64,000 bases of DNA from Planctomycetota bacterium (GCA_004295085.1 SHNF01000006.1:223675-287674), one strand, 5' to 3'; counted from the stretch's first letter, positions 27,261 through 36,341 are shown. Numbers and translations: made by a program. Notes: a model not told the origin generated them from the sequence alone.

Positions 27261-28256
27261 CTAGAACCAGTTGAGACCGATGCCCTCGCTGGACGCCTGC
27301 TCGATGCGCGCGCGCTGGGCGCGAGCCTGCTCGTTCTGCGGGTCGAGCGCCAGGGCGGCGTTCGTGTGCTTGAGGGCCTTGTTGTAGCTCGAGCTGACCG
27401 TGTAACGGCTCGCCAGGTGCAGGTGTGCGTCCACCATCTGGGCGATCGTCAGCTGGCGGTACCTGGCCCCGCCTTCCTGCACGCGCGGGTCGTCCGCGTA
27501 CTTCTTCTCGATCTTTCCGATCTCCTTGAGGACCACCTCGCCGTCGGCGATCGCGCCTTCCCACAGGGCTTCCGACTGGCTGCTGCGCGCGGTCAGACCC
27601 TGCTTGGTGCGCTCGATCATGCGGTCGTAGCGCTCCTTGCCCAGCTTGAGGTCCTTCTCGAGCAGCTCGGCCTGCTCACGCTCGAGCTCGTCGTCGCGCG
27701 CGTTGCGCTCCGCCATGTAGTGCTGCTCGAGCACGGCCGCGGCCTGCTCGGCCTGCGGCTCGTTCGGCAGCTTCTCGACCAGGAGCGACAGCCAGCGTTC
27801 GGCCTCCTTGACGTCGTTCTTCGCGAACGCGGCCTGCGCCTGCTGGATGCAGTAATCGGCGGCCAGCCTGCGCCCCAGGACCCGCTCCTGGTCGATCTCG
27901 GGCTTCAGCGACGGATCCGCCTTCTCGGCGTACTGATAACTCCGCGCGGCGTGCGCGTAGAGCCCGATGTCACGGGCGTAGTTGGCGAGCTGGATCTGGC
28001 CGCGCGCGTTGTCCTTGGGGACGATGCTCGCGGTCACGTGGTACACCGAGCGCTGGTCGAGCTGGTCGAGGGTGTATGCCATGTCCTTTCCGTCCGCGGT
28101 ACGGAACGAAAGGACCTTCTTCTGGGCGTCGTATGCCGTGGCGCGGCCTTGGACCACCGTGCCGTCCTTGAGCTTGATGTGCTCGGACCCGGCGGACGGC
28201 GCGGCCTGCGCGCCGAGCAGCGCGAAGCTGGCGAGTATCGGACCGATGGACCACAT
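27261..28256 (-). CDS. Secreted, largely alpha-helical (TPR/coiled-coil-like) protein with a small N-terminal beta domain
   Basis: The ATG at 28256 is preceded by a perfect SD. Signal MWSIGPILASFALLGAQA. The body is helical and charged, and it ends ..GIGLNWF. Confidence 0.65.
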   Translation of the reverse strand: MWSIGPILASFALLGAQAAPSAGSEHIKLKDGTVVQGRATAYDAQKKVLSFRTADGKDMAYTLDQLDQRSVYHVTASIVPKDNARGQIQLANYARDIGLYAHAARSYQYAEKADPSLKPEIDQERVLGRRLAADYCIQQAQAAFAKNDVKEAERWLSLLVEKLPNEPQAEQAAAVLEQHYMAERNARDDELEREQAELLEKDLKLGKERYDRMIERTKQGLTARSSQSEALWEGAIADGEVVLKEIGKIEKKYADDPRVQEGGARYRQLTIAQMVDAHLHLASRYTVSSSYNKALKHTNAALALDPQNEQARAQRARIEQASSEGIGLNWF

Positions 28257-28262
28257 CGTCGT

Positions 28263-28270
28263 TCCTCCTT
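28263..28270 (-). promoter_or_regulatory. Shine-Dalgarno AAGGAGGA, 6 nt upstream of the ATG at 28256
   Basis: The reverse complement of tcctcctt at 28263-28270 is AAGGAGGA. Confidence 0.75.
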
Positions 28271-28279
28271 GCCTTGTCC

Positions 28280-28492
28280 TCACCTGGGGATGGACAGCGA
28301 GCCGCACACACAGTCGGGATTGTCCGGATTGGTCTTGCCTGCGAGGCACAGCGAGTGCGCGCAGCCCTCGAGATCGGCCTGCGGAGTTCCGCAGGTGCAG
28401 GCGATGTCCTCGGCACTGGAGTTGGAGCCGCAGGCAATGGGCAGAGCCAAAGCCACCGCTGCGAACAGCGGAAGGAGTGTGCGAGCGAACAT
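28280..28492 (-). CDS. Small Cys-rich lipoprotein (70 aa precursor, ~50 aa mature, 7 Cys)
   Basis: Last 70 codons of track ORF 28280..30553: MFARTLLPLFAAVALALPIAC|GSNSSAEDIACTCGTPQADLEGCAHSLCLAGKTNPDNPDCVCGSLSIPR. Lipobox LPIAC. AGGAGA lies upstream. It sits 23 nt upstream of the next gene. Confidence 0.55.
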   Translation of the reverse strand: MFARTLLPLFAAVALALPIACGSNSSAEDIACTCGTPQADLEGCAHSLCLAGKTNPDNPDCVCGSLSIPR

Positions 28493-28659
28493 GCGAGGTT
28501 CTCCTGCGATGAAGATCGGGCCTGGCCTGGGAACGCGCAGACCTGAGGATACTGGACCGGTGCCGCGCCCGCAAGGCCCGGCCGGGCGCTGCCAGCGGCA
28601 GTCGGTAGCGCCATCGCGGCCAGCGTCGTCGCTCGTGCGCGACGCGCAGAGTGCGAGGA

Positions 28660-29940
28660 TCAGAATGCCTCGCCGATACCGAAGTAGATGGCGTCGCTGT
28701 CCTCGCCGTAGGCGAAGTCGAGCCGGAAGTTGATGTGGTGCTCGCTGGAGAGCCGGAAGCGCAGACCGAAGCCGACGCTCGGCAGGATGTGCTCCACGTC
28801 GAACTCGTCGAGCTCCGGCGCGACCTCGCCCAGGCCGCCGAACGCGACCGCGCCGAAGCGCCCGGCGACCTCCAGGCGATACTCCGCCTGCGCCGACAGC
28901 AGCATCCGGTCGCGGTAGCGGCCCGCCGTGTAGCCGCGTCCGTCGCTGCCCACTCCCAGCATGCTGAGCCCGAAGAAGGGGACGTCGCCGAAGGTGACGC
29001 GGCCGTAGCCGCGCAGCGCGAGCACCTGGCGCTCCGACAGGGTGAGGTAGCGGTTGTACGCCGCCGCCGCGGTCTGATACTCGAAGTCGCTGCCCCAGAG
29101 CTCGTCGTAGACGTCGCCCTGGAAGTCCAGCAGCGTGCCCTGCCGCGGGTAGAAGGCCTCGTCCCGTGTGTCGCGCTGGAAGCGCGCGCCGAGCGCCGCC
29201 AGCATGGCGTCCAGCTCCTGCTGCGAGAGCCCCTGGCCGATCGGTCCGGAGGCGCCGGCCGCGTCCAGGGACACGCGCGTGTTCCCGAACAGCCCGCGGC
29301 CGCCCAGGTAGGTGTGCGGCGCGACGCGCGTCAGCAGTTCGCCGACGACCCCCGACACGACCTGATTGATGGGAACCGAGCGGTTCATGTCGCCGGCGTT
29401 GTTGCCGATGCCGAAGAAGTCGTAGTTCACGTCGCCGTAGGCGAAGGCGCCGAGCGCCCGGTAGCGGTCCTGGTCCAGGTACAGCTTCACGGCGGCGCCC
29501 GCCGCCCAGCTCTCGTTCTCGCTGTAGAAGCCGCCGACCCCGGCAAACGAGGGCTGCGTGACCGTGTCGGAAGGATCGGTGCGGAACACGTAACCGAAGA
29601 CTCCGCCGAGCCCGGCTCCCAGGCTGGGGTTGCGGAACGGGATCGGCGCCCCGATGAAGTCGTTGCCGCCCGCGACCGTCTCCGGAGCGGTGGCGAGGTC
29701 GGGGCTCTGTGGTGCCGCTGCCCCGGTCAGCATCGGCTCGGTCAGGTGGAACAGCTCGAGCAGCTCCGGATCGAGCACGGAGTCCAGCGCCCGCTGGAGT
29801 GCGGAGGAATCCACAGCGGGCGGCTGCGCTCCTTCCCCCGCCTTCGGTTCCTGCCCCTTCGGCTCCTGCGCCGGCGGCTCCTGCGCGGCTTTCGCAGGGC
29901 AGCGGAGCGCGAGCAACGCGAGCAGGATGGCGGCCGTCAT
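28660..29940 (-). CDS. Omp85/BamA-TamA-family outer-membrane protein (bacterial surface antigen barrel) without recognisable POTRA domains
   Basis: Start trimmed to the ATG at 29940 (MTAAILLALLAL). A QEP-rich linker, then a barrel ending ..DAIYFGIGEAF. It contains G..G..Y and RGY-type motifs typical of surface-antigen (D15) barrels. Confidence 0.75.
   Translation of the reverse strand: MTAAILLALLALRCPAKAAQEPPAQEPKGQEPKAGEGAQPPAVDSSALQRALDSVLDPELLELFHLTEPMLTGAAAPQSPDLATAPETVAGGNDFIGAPIPFRNPSLGAGLGGVFGYVFRTDPSDTVTQPSFAGVGGFYSENESWAAGAAVKLYLDQDRYRALGAFAYGDVNYDFFGIGNNAGDMNRSVPINQVVSGVVGELLTRVAPHTYLGGRGLFGNTRVSLDAAGASGPIGQGLSQQELDAMLAALGARFQRDTRDEAFYPRQGTLLDFQGDVYDELWGSDFEYQTAAAAYNRYLTLSERQVLALRGYGRVTFGDVPFFGLSMLGVGSDGRGYTAGRYRDRMLLSAQAEYRLEVAGRFGAVAFGGLGEVAPELDEFDVEHILPSVGFGLRFRLSSEHHINFRLDFAYGEDSDAIYFGIGEAF
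29841..29885. repeat. Three tandem 15-bp units inside the Omp85-like gene, encoding the (A/G)QEP(P/K) linker repeat
   Basis: ccttcggttcctgcc / ccttcggctcctgcg / ccggcggctcctgcg, read directly. On the minus strand these give AQEPP-AQEPK-GQEPK. Confidence 0.8.
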
Positions 29941-30055
29941 TGCGGGATGGGGCGGATTGCTGGGCAGAGGAGGAGCACGTATCATTCTGACGACACGTAG
30001 CTGGGCCTGCCCGCATCCGGTGCGCGCCCGTCCTTTCTCCGAAAACGATCCGGCC

Positions 30056-30733
30056 ATGAAGATTCCCCTCCAACGATCCTGCGCCGGCCCGGTGGCCGGC
30101 TTCCTCGCTCTTGCTGCTCTGCTCTCCGGCTGCCAGAGTGGCAAGACCGAAGGACAGAAGCAGGTGGACCAACTGACCTCGCAGCTCGAGGACTTCAAGA
30201 AGACGCTGACAGAGACCAAGGCGGATCTGCAGGCCACCCTGGCCGAGCACGACGCCGTAGTCGCCAACAAGGACGGCGACCTGGTCGGGCATTACGCGAA
30301 GTTCGTGGACGGGCTCGAGAGCTGCGAGGAGCACCAGCAGGAGATCCGCGCCGACCTGGAGCGGATCCAGACCACGGCGGCGCCGTACTTCGCCAAGTGG
30401 CAGCAGGACATGGCGATGATCTCCGACGAGGACTTGCGCGAAAGCAGCGAGGAGCGGATGAAGGACACGCAGGAGCGCCTGCAGGAGATGCAGGAGAACG
30501 GCGCCAAGGCGCGCGACGAGTGCGAGCCGCTGATGCGGACCCTGCGCGATCACGCCACGTACCTGAGCAGCGACCTTAACGCCTCCGCGGCGGCATCCTT
30601 GTCCAAGGACGCCTCCAAGCTGAGCAAGAGCTCGGAAGCGGCCTTCGCGCTCCTTGACGCGGCGATCGCCGTCACGCAGGAGTTCCAGAAGTCGATCGCG
30701 ATGCGCACCGAGCCTCCGGCAGAGCCCAAGTAA
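30056..30733 (+). CDS. Coiled-coil lipoprotein, DUF2959-like
   Basis: ATG at 30056. Lipobox LLSGC. The helical body has the pattern YFAKWQQDM..DLRESSEERM..CEPLMRTLRDHATYLSSDLNASAAASL, which I recall from DUF2959 proteins; this needs an HMM check. Confidence 0.65.
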   Translation: MKIPLQRSCAGPVAGFLALAALLSGCQSGKTEGQKQVDQLTSQLEDFKKTLTETKADLQATLAEHDAVVANKDGDLVGHYAKFVDGLESCEEHQQEIRADLERIQTTAAPYFAKWQQDMAMISDEDLRESSEERMKDTQERLQEMQENGAKARDECEPLMRTLRDHATYLSSDLNASAAASLSKDASKLSKSSEAAFALLDAAIAVTQEFQKSIAMRTEPPAEPK

Positions 30734-30805
30734 GCGCCGCCTCGATGGCCTGGCTCAAGGAGCCGCTCCTGCGCTTCCAGAGCGCGGGAACGGCTCCGTT
30801 GGCTT

Positions 30806-31432
30806 CTACCAGCGGCTCGGCGCAGCCGGCGGCGCCTGCGCGGCGGCCCGCGGGCGCCGCCAGGCGCGGGCAAGGAGCACGGCGCAGAGCGCGACCATCC
30901 ACAGCGGGAAGACGAGCACGAGCGCCCGGTTGGACGAGGCGCTGAGGAGCAGGAAGAGTCCGGCGAGCAGGCCCAGGCCCGCGAACCAGCGCGGCAGCAC
31001 GCCCGTCATCCGCCCCAGTCGCGAGGTCGTGAAGACGAACATCGCCGCCATGCGCATGGCGAAGCCGAGCAGCAGCGTGGCGCCGTACTGCGGGAACTGG
31101 CGCGCGATCACGGGATCCACGGCGGAGCTCGAGAACTCGATGCTCACGGCCATGACGGAGGAGGCCGCAGCCGCCGCGAAGAAGAGCGCGACGTAGAGGA
31201 TCCCGCTCGCGAGCTGAACGCCCGAGACGAGCTCGCCCCAGGGCAGCGAACCGGCGCGCAGCCAGACGCGCATGGCCATGCAGAACCACAGGAACGCAAT
31301 CCCTGCGAAGGGCATCACGTAAAGCCCCACCAGGATCAGCCGGCGCTGGCTTCCGCTCTCGTAGAAGGCCACGATCTCCTCGTCCGGGGCCTGTGCGCCC
31401 GGGGTGGAGGTCAGGAGCGCGTACGCGAGCAC
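30806..31432 (-). CDS. Integral membrane protein (4-5 TM, uncharacterised); the true start is probably upstream
   Basis: The track start is a GTG at 31432, in the middle of a hydrophobic helix. The frame stays open upstream (..EERSRRNTALLLAGAGCAHALLF-V-LAYALL). The only candidate start there is a CTG at 31522, 1 nt after the upstream gene's TGA. Confidence 0.6.
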   Translation of the reverse strand: MLAYALLTSTPGAQAPDEEIVAFYESGSQRRLILVGLYVMPFAGIAFLWFCMAMRVWLRAGSLPWGELVSGVQLASGILYVALFFAAAAASSVMAVSIEFSSSAVDPVIARQFPQYGATLLLGFAMRMAAMFVFTTSRLGRMTGVLPRWFAGLGLLAGLFLLLSASSNRALVLVFPLWMVALCAVLLARAWRRPRAAAQAPPAAPSRW

Positions 31433-31523
31433 GAAGAGCAGCGCGTGGGCACAGCCTGCGCCGGCGAGCAGCAGGGCCGTGTTGCGCCGGGAGCGCTCCT
31501 CGGAGCCCGCAGCCGGTTCCAGC

Positions 31524-32186
31524 TCAGCCTCCCAGGGCGATCGTGATGCCCACCAGCACGATTCCGATCGCCACCATCGTCAGGCCCGTGCGCACCGGCC
31601 GCAGGCCGGCGTGACGGCCCAGGAGGTGCCCGGCGAGGTACAACATCACGATGGCCACGCCGTTCGAGATGCGCATGGCATGGTGCAGTGGCGAGAAGAC
31701 GAGGAAGGGGATGACGACCGGGAACGTGGACAGGAAGACGAGCAGGAAGACGCCCAGGGCGCCGAGCCAGTCGCGCTTGCCGAGGTGCGGCCGCTTGGGC
31801 AGGGCCGGGAGGGCGGTCAGCTTCGCGCGCGCGCTCTCGAGCGCGGGGCCCTCGAACAGCTGGTCCAGCGGCTCGGGCAGGGCCTGCGCCAGCAGCCGCC
31901 GGCCATGCTCGGGGTCCGGGCTGGCGCGCACGGCGCGCCCGATCGAGAGGCTGCGCCCGCGCTCGAGCAGGAGCGCCAGGAGGTACATGACCGCGTCGAC
32001 GATGCCCCAGGCGAGGTTGCAGCCGATGGCGCCGACCACCACCGCGCGCACTTCTTCCTGGCCCGCGCTGGCGGCGCTGATCGAGCACGTGAAGGAGAGC
32101 ACCATGATCAGCCCGAAGAGGACCTCGGACAGGCGCTCCACCGGATCGAGCACGCGCTCGCGCCGCCCGGGGCCCCCGACCCTCAT
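31524..32186 (-). CDS. VIT1/CCC1-like family membrane protein (putative Fe/Mn transporter)
   Basis: 220 aa. LDPVERLSEVLFGLIMVLSFT..GAIGCNLAWGIVDAVMY, followed by three C-terminal TMs. This resembles the uncharacterised CCC1-like subfamily (from memory). Confidence 0.6.
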   Translation of the reverse strand: MRVGGPGRRERVLDPVERLSEVLFGLIMVLSFTCSISAASAGQEEVRAVVVGAIGCNLAWGIVDAVMYLLALLLERGRSLSIGRAVRASPDPEHGRRLLAQALPEPLDQLFEGPALESARAKLTALPALPKRPHLGKRDWLGALGVFLLVFLSTFPVVIPFLVFSPLHHAMRISNGVAIVMLYLAGHLLGRHAGLRPVRTGLTMVAIGIVLVGITIALGG

Positions 32187-32313
32187 TGTGGCGCCTCCGG
32201 CAGGGTCGCCAGCGGGGCGCGCGCGAGCCCGGCCAGCAGCCGGTGGAGCGCAGCGTGGAGCACGGCCCTGCCGGGCGGAATCGCGCTGCAGGCCGTGATG
32301 GGCATCGCCGCCT

Positions 32314-34029
32314 TCAGGCTTGTGCCGGCCCGGCGTTGCCGGCCGCGACTGCCTCGGCCACGGGCTCGTTCGCGACCACCGGCCCGCAATGCTGCTCGTA
32401 GCCGGCCTTGACCAGGGATTCGCGCACGCTGCTCGGAGTGGCGGCCAGCCGGAACTCGATGCCGCGCGCGTGCAGAGTCTTGTGCAGCTCGGCCAGCAGC
32501 TCGGCTCCGGCCAGGTCGACGAGCGGCACGGCGCCCAGGAAGAACACGGCGCGGCGCGCCTCGCCGAACTCGCCCAGGAGCTCGAAGAACCGGTCGCGCA
32601 CGTGGTCGACGTTGAAGTACAGCAGGGCTCCGGAGCTGCGGAAGACGAAAGTGCCCGGCTCGCGCTGGTTCTCGGGATTGCGGATCCGGTCCGCGAATTG
32701 ATCGGTGCCGGGCACGCGGCCCAGCTCGGTCGCGGGCGGGCGCGAGGCGCGCCGCAGCAGCATCAGGATGGACAGCGCGGCCCCGATCAGGACGCCGCGC
32801 AGTAGACCCGAGCCGAGCACGCCGAGCAGGGCCGCCACCGCGATGGCGAACTCCGCGCGGCTGAAGTGCCACAGGCGCACGAATGCCTGCACCTTGAACA
32901 GGCCGATGACCGCGACCAGCACCAGCGCCGCCAGCACGGGCTGCGGCAGATCGCGCAGGAGTCCCGAGAGGAACAGGGCCACGAGCAGGAGCAGGAGCGC
33001 CGAGATCAGGCCGGACAGGGGTGTGCGCGCTCCACCGCCCTCGTTCACCAGGGACTGGGACATGCCGCCGCTGACCGGGAAGCCACGCCCGAGGCCGGCC
33101 GCGAGGTTCGCCCCCGCCAGCCCCAGGAATTCCTGGTTCGTGTCCACGCGGTAGCCGTGCTTCAGCCCGAACATGCGCCCGATGGCCGCAGTCTCGACGG
33201 CGGCCAGGAGAAAGCAGGCCATGGCGAGCGGCAGGAGCTCGTTCAGATCGGCCCAGGCCACGGCCGGCAGTCCGGGCGTCGGCAGCCCCTGCGGCACCTC
33301 GCCGAGCAGCTTGACGCCGCGCGCTCCCAGGTCGAACTGGCCCGCCGCCACCACCCCGGCCACGACCACGAGCAGCGAGACCGGGCGGTTGGGAAGCAGG
33401 AACTTGCCCAGCACGAGCACGGCCAGGGCCGCGAGCCCGAGCAGGAGCGGGGCCTGTTGCGTGTCTCCCAGGTGTGTCAGGAGGTGCCGCATCCGCTCCC
33501 AGAAATCGCCGTGCGTCCCCTCGATGCCGAACAGCTTCGGCAACTGCGTGCTCGCAAGGTACAGGGCCACGCCGGCCTTGAAGCCCACCAGCACCGTCTC
33601 GGACACGAACCTCACGACGGATCCGCCCTTGAACAGCCAGATCAGAAACGCAAAGCCCGCCACCATCAAGGCGGTACAGGATGCCAGCGCCGCGATCCGC
33701 ACGACGTCGCCGTTGCCGATCTCGCCCAGCGTGCTGCCGATGAGCAAGGAGATGGCGGAGGTGACGGTGATCGCGGTCTGGCGGGAGCTGCAGAAGAGCC
33801 AGAAGACGAGCCCCGAGAACAGGCAGGCGTACAGGCCGGCCTGCGGCGGCAGCTGGGCCAGGGACGCGTCCGCGATGGCCGCGGGGATCGCGTAGGCAGC
33901 GAGGGTGAGCCCGGCCAGGAGGTCGGGAACCATCCAGGCGCGCTCGTATCCGCGCAGCCAGGCGAGGGCGGGGAGGATCTGCGCCAGCTTGCCACGCGCC
34001 GCGACCGGTACGGCTTGGTCGGTGCTCAT
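32314..34029 (-). CDS. SulP-family anion transporter with a C-terminal STAS domain
   Basis: DLLAGLTLAAYAIPAAIA, GLYA, and FPVSGGMSQSLVN with a STAS tail. Start is the ATG at 34029 (MSTDQ..); a GTG at 34047 is an alternative. Confidence 0.9.
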   Translation of the reverse strand: MSTDQAVPVAARGKLAQILPALAWLRGYERAWMVPDLLAGLTLAAYAIPAAIADASLAQLPPQAGLYACLFSGLVFWLFCSSRQTAITVTSAISLLIGSTLGEIGNGDVVRIAALASCTALMVAGFAFLIWLFKGGSVVRFVSETVLVGFKAGVALYLASTQLPKLFGIEGTHGDFWERMRHLLTHLGDTQQAPLLLGLAALAVLVLGKFLLPNRPVSLLVVVAGVVAAGQFDLGARGVKLLGEVPQGLPTPGLPAVAWADLNELLPLAMACFLLAAVETAAIGRMFGLKHGYRVDTNQEFLGLAGANLAAGLGRGFPVSGGMSQSLVNEGGGARTPLSGLISALLLLLVALFLSGLLRDLPQPVLAALVLVAVIGLFKVQAFVRLWHFSRAEFAIAVAALLGVLGSGLLRGVLIGAALSILMLLRRASRPPATELGRVPGTDQFADRIRNPENQREPGTFVFRSSGALLYFNVDHVRDRFFELLGEFGEARRAVFFLGAVPLVDLAGAELLAELHKTLHARGIEFRLAATPSSVRESLVKAGYEQHCGPVVANEPVAEAVAAGNAGPAQA

Positions 34030-34057
34030 GGGGGGGCGATCCGCCACGGGGCCGCGC

Positions 34058-34882
34058 TCAGTAAGCTTCCGGCACGAACCGGCGCTTCTTGAGGCTGGCC
34101 TGGTCGTCGTAGGCGTCCTGCATCGAGCGCTCGGGCAGCTTGATCTTCTCCCGGGCCAGCTTCTTGTGCGGGATCATTTGCAGGATGTGGGCGATCACGT
34201 TGAGACGCGCGCGCCGCTTGTCGTCCGTGCGCACGATGTACCAGGGCGCGTGCTTCGTGTCCGTCGCATCCAGCATCCGGTCGCGCGCCCGCGAGTAGTC
34301 GAACCAGCGCTCGCGCGAGGGCAGGTCCATCGGGCTGAGCTTCCATTGCCGCAGAGGATCGTTGATCCGCGCCTCGAAGCGGCGCTTCTGTTCCTCGTCG
34401 CTGACCTCCAGCCAGTACTTGATGATCTGGATGCCGCCGGTCACCACGTATTTCTCCACCTCGGGGCAGCGATCCAGGAAGCTCTTGTACTGCTTGTCGG
34501 TGCAGAAGCCCATCACCCGCTCGACACCGGCCCGGTTGTACCAGCTGCGGTCGAAGATCACGATCTCGCCGGCGGCAGGGAAGTGCTGCAGGTAGCGCTG
34601 CATGTAGATCTGCGTCTTCTCGCGGTCGGAAGGCGCGGGCAGCGCAACGAGCCGGAACACGCGTGGGCTGACCCGCTCGGTGATGGCTTTGATCGTGCCG
34701 CCCTTGCCGGCCGCGTCGCGGCCCTCGAAGATGATGATCACGCGCAAGCCCTTGTCCTTGACCCAATCCTGGAGCCTGCACAGTCGCGCCTGCAGCTTCT
34801 CCAGCTTGCGCTCGTACGCCTTGCGGCTCAGCCGCTTCTCGTCCTCGTCCGGCTTCTTGTTCCCGGGTGCCTGCTCGTTCAT
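34058..34882 (-). CDS. ppk2: Polyphosphate kinase 2 (single-domain PPK2)
   Basis: VIIIFEGRDAAGKGGTI (Walker A), FDRSWYNRAGVE and KLSPMD. The ATG at 34882 lies 4 nt after the upstream stop. Confidence 0.9.
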   Translation of the reverse strand: MNEQAPGNKKPDEDEKRLSRKAYERKLEKLQARLCRLQDWVKDKGLRVIIIFEGRDAAGKGGTIKAITERVSPRVFRLVALPAPSDREKTQIYMQRYLQHFPAAGEIVIFDRSWYNRAGVERVMGFCTDKQYKSFLDRCPEVEKYVVTGGIQIIKYWLEVSDEEQKRRFEARINDPLRQWKLSPMDLPSRERWFDYSRARDRMLDATDTKHAPWYIVRTDDKRRARLNVIAHILQMIPHKKLAREKIKLPERSMQDAYDDQASLKKRRFVPEAY

Positions 34883-34886
34883 CGCG

Positions 34887-36341
34887 CTACTCCTCTGGCC
34901 CTGGGGGGGGCTGGCTCGCATCCTGAGTTGCCTCGACCTCGGGCTCCTGGGGCCAACCGCCGCCCAAGGCCTTGTAGAGCTGGATCAAAGAGACGAGCTC
35001 GTCGCGCCGCGCGCCCGTCTCGCCCAGCTCGGCGTCGTACAGCGAGCGCTGGGCGTCGAGCACCTCCAGGTACTCGGCCACGTCGCCCTGGTAGCGCAGC
35101 TCGGACAGCTCGAGCACCTTGCGCTCGGCGACCACGCGCTCACCCTCCGAGCCGCGCCGCAGGCCGGCCTGGCGCAGGCCGGCCAGGGCGTCCTCGACGT
35201 CGCGGAAGGCGAGCAGCACCGAGCGCTCGTAGTTGTAGAGCGCCTGGCGCTGTTGCGATTCGGCGACCTCGACCCGCCGCCGGTTCTGGCCGGAGTTGAA
35301 GATCGGCTGCAGGAGATTCGCGCCGATGGACCAGGCCTGCGACGGGGATTCGAGCAGGTTGTCCAGCTCGGTGCTCTCCCAGCCGAAGTCCGCCGTGAGC
35401 GCGATGCTCGGGTACAGCAGGGCCTTGGCCTCGCCGATGCGCGCATTGGCCGATACCAGCTGTTCCTCGGCCTGGCGCACGTCCGGCCGGCGCTCCAGCA
35501 GATCCGAAGGCAGGCCGGGTGGCACGGCCGGCGGAACGTTCAGCTCGTCGAACAGGCGGCCGCGCGCGACCGGGCCCGGGTTGCGGCCGAGCAGGGCGGA
35601 CAGCTCGTTCTCCTTCTGCGTGACCAGGCCCTCGAACTCGTGGACCAGGGAGGCCGTGCGGTGCATCTCGGCCTCCGCCTGGCGCAGGTCGAGCTCGGGG
35701 GTGAGCCCGCCCTCGAAGCGCACGCGCGCGAGCTCGACGTACTGCAGGCGCGAGTCCAGCGTGCGGCGTGAGATCGCGAGGCGGCGATCGAGATCGCTCA
35801 GCTCCACGTAGGCGCGCGCCACGTCGGCGACGAGCGCCAGCACCACGGCCCGGCGCGACTGCTCGGCGGCGTACAACAGCGCGAGCTCGGCCTCGGTTGC
35901 GCGCCGGATGCGGCCGAAGAAGTCGAGCTCCCAGAACACCGTGCCGGCCACGCGGTAGAACGGCTCCTCGTTGTCCACTCCCGCCGGCAGCGGTGGGACG
36001 CCGTTCTCGCTCAACCGCTCGCGGCCGGCGGCGGCGGACAGATCGACCTTGGGGAACAGGTCGGCGCGCGCGAAGCCGTAGAAGGCGCGCGCCTCCTCGA
36101 TGCGCTCGACGGCGATCAGCAGGTCCTTGTTCTCGGTCAAGGCCACTTCGATCAGGCGTACGAGCTCGGGATCCTGGAACAGCTCCCACCAGGGTGTGTT
36201 GGCCAGCGACCGCTGCTCGTCCCCGCTGACCTCGCGCCAGCCGTCGGGCACGGGGACCTCAGGCCGCTCGTAGTCGGGTCCGAGGGTGCATCCCGCCCCG
36301 AGGAGCACCACGGCCAGGATCAGCCGAGCCCTGCCGCTCAT
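34887..36341 (-). CDS. RND efflux outer-membrane factor lipoprotein (NodT/OprM family)
   Basis: Lipobox LLGAGC, then LGPDYERP, and two OEP repeats. 4-nt overlap with the RND gene. Confidence 0.9.
   Translation of the reverse strand: MSGRARLILAVVLLGAGCTLGPDYERPEVPVPDGWREVSGDEQRSLANTPWWELFQDPELVRLIEVALTENKDLLIAVERIEEARAFYGFARADLFPKVDLSAAAGRERLSENGVPPLPAGVDNEEPFYRVAGTVFWELDFFGRIRRATEAELALLYAAEQSRRAVVLALVADVARAYVELSDLDRRLAISRRTLDSRLQYVELARVRFEGGLTPELDLRQAEAEMHRTASLVHEFEGLVTQKENELSALLGRNPGPVARGRLFDELNVPPAVPPGLPSDLLERRPDVRQAEEQLVSANARIGEAKALLYPSIALTADFGWESTELDNLLESPSQAWSIGANLLQPIFNSGQNRRRVEVAESQQRQALYNYERSVLLAFRDVEDALAGLRQAGLRRGSEGERVVAERKVLELSELRYQGDVAEYLEVLDAQRSLYDAELGETGARRDELVSLIQLYKALGGGWPQEPEVEATQDASQPPPGPEE

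Noticed and set aside
28280-30553. 757-aa minus-strand ORF
   Set aside because: Only its last 70 codons (the Cys-rich lipoprotein) have a ribosome site, a signal peptide and sensible composition. The remainder overlaps the Omp85-like and DUF2959-like genes in wrong frames.
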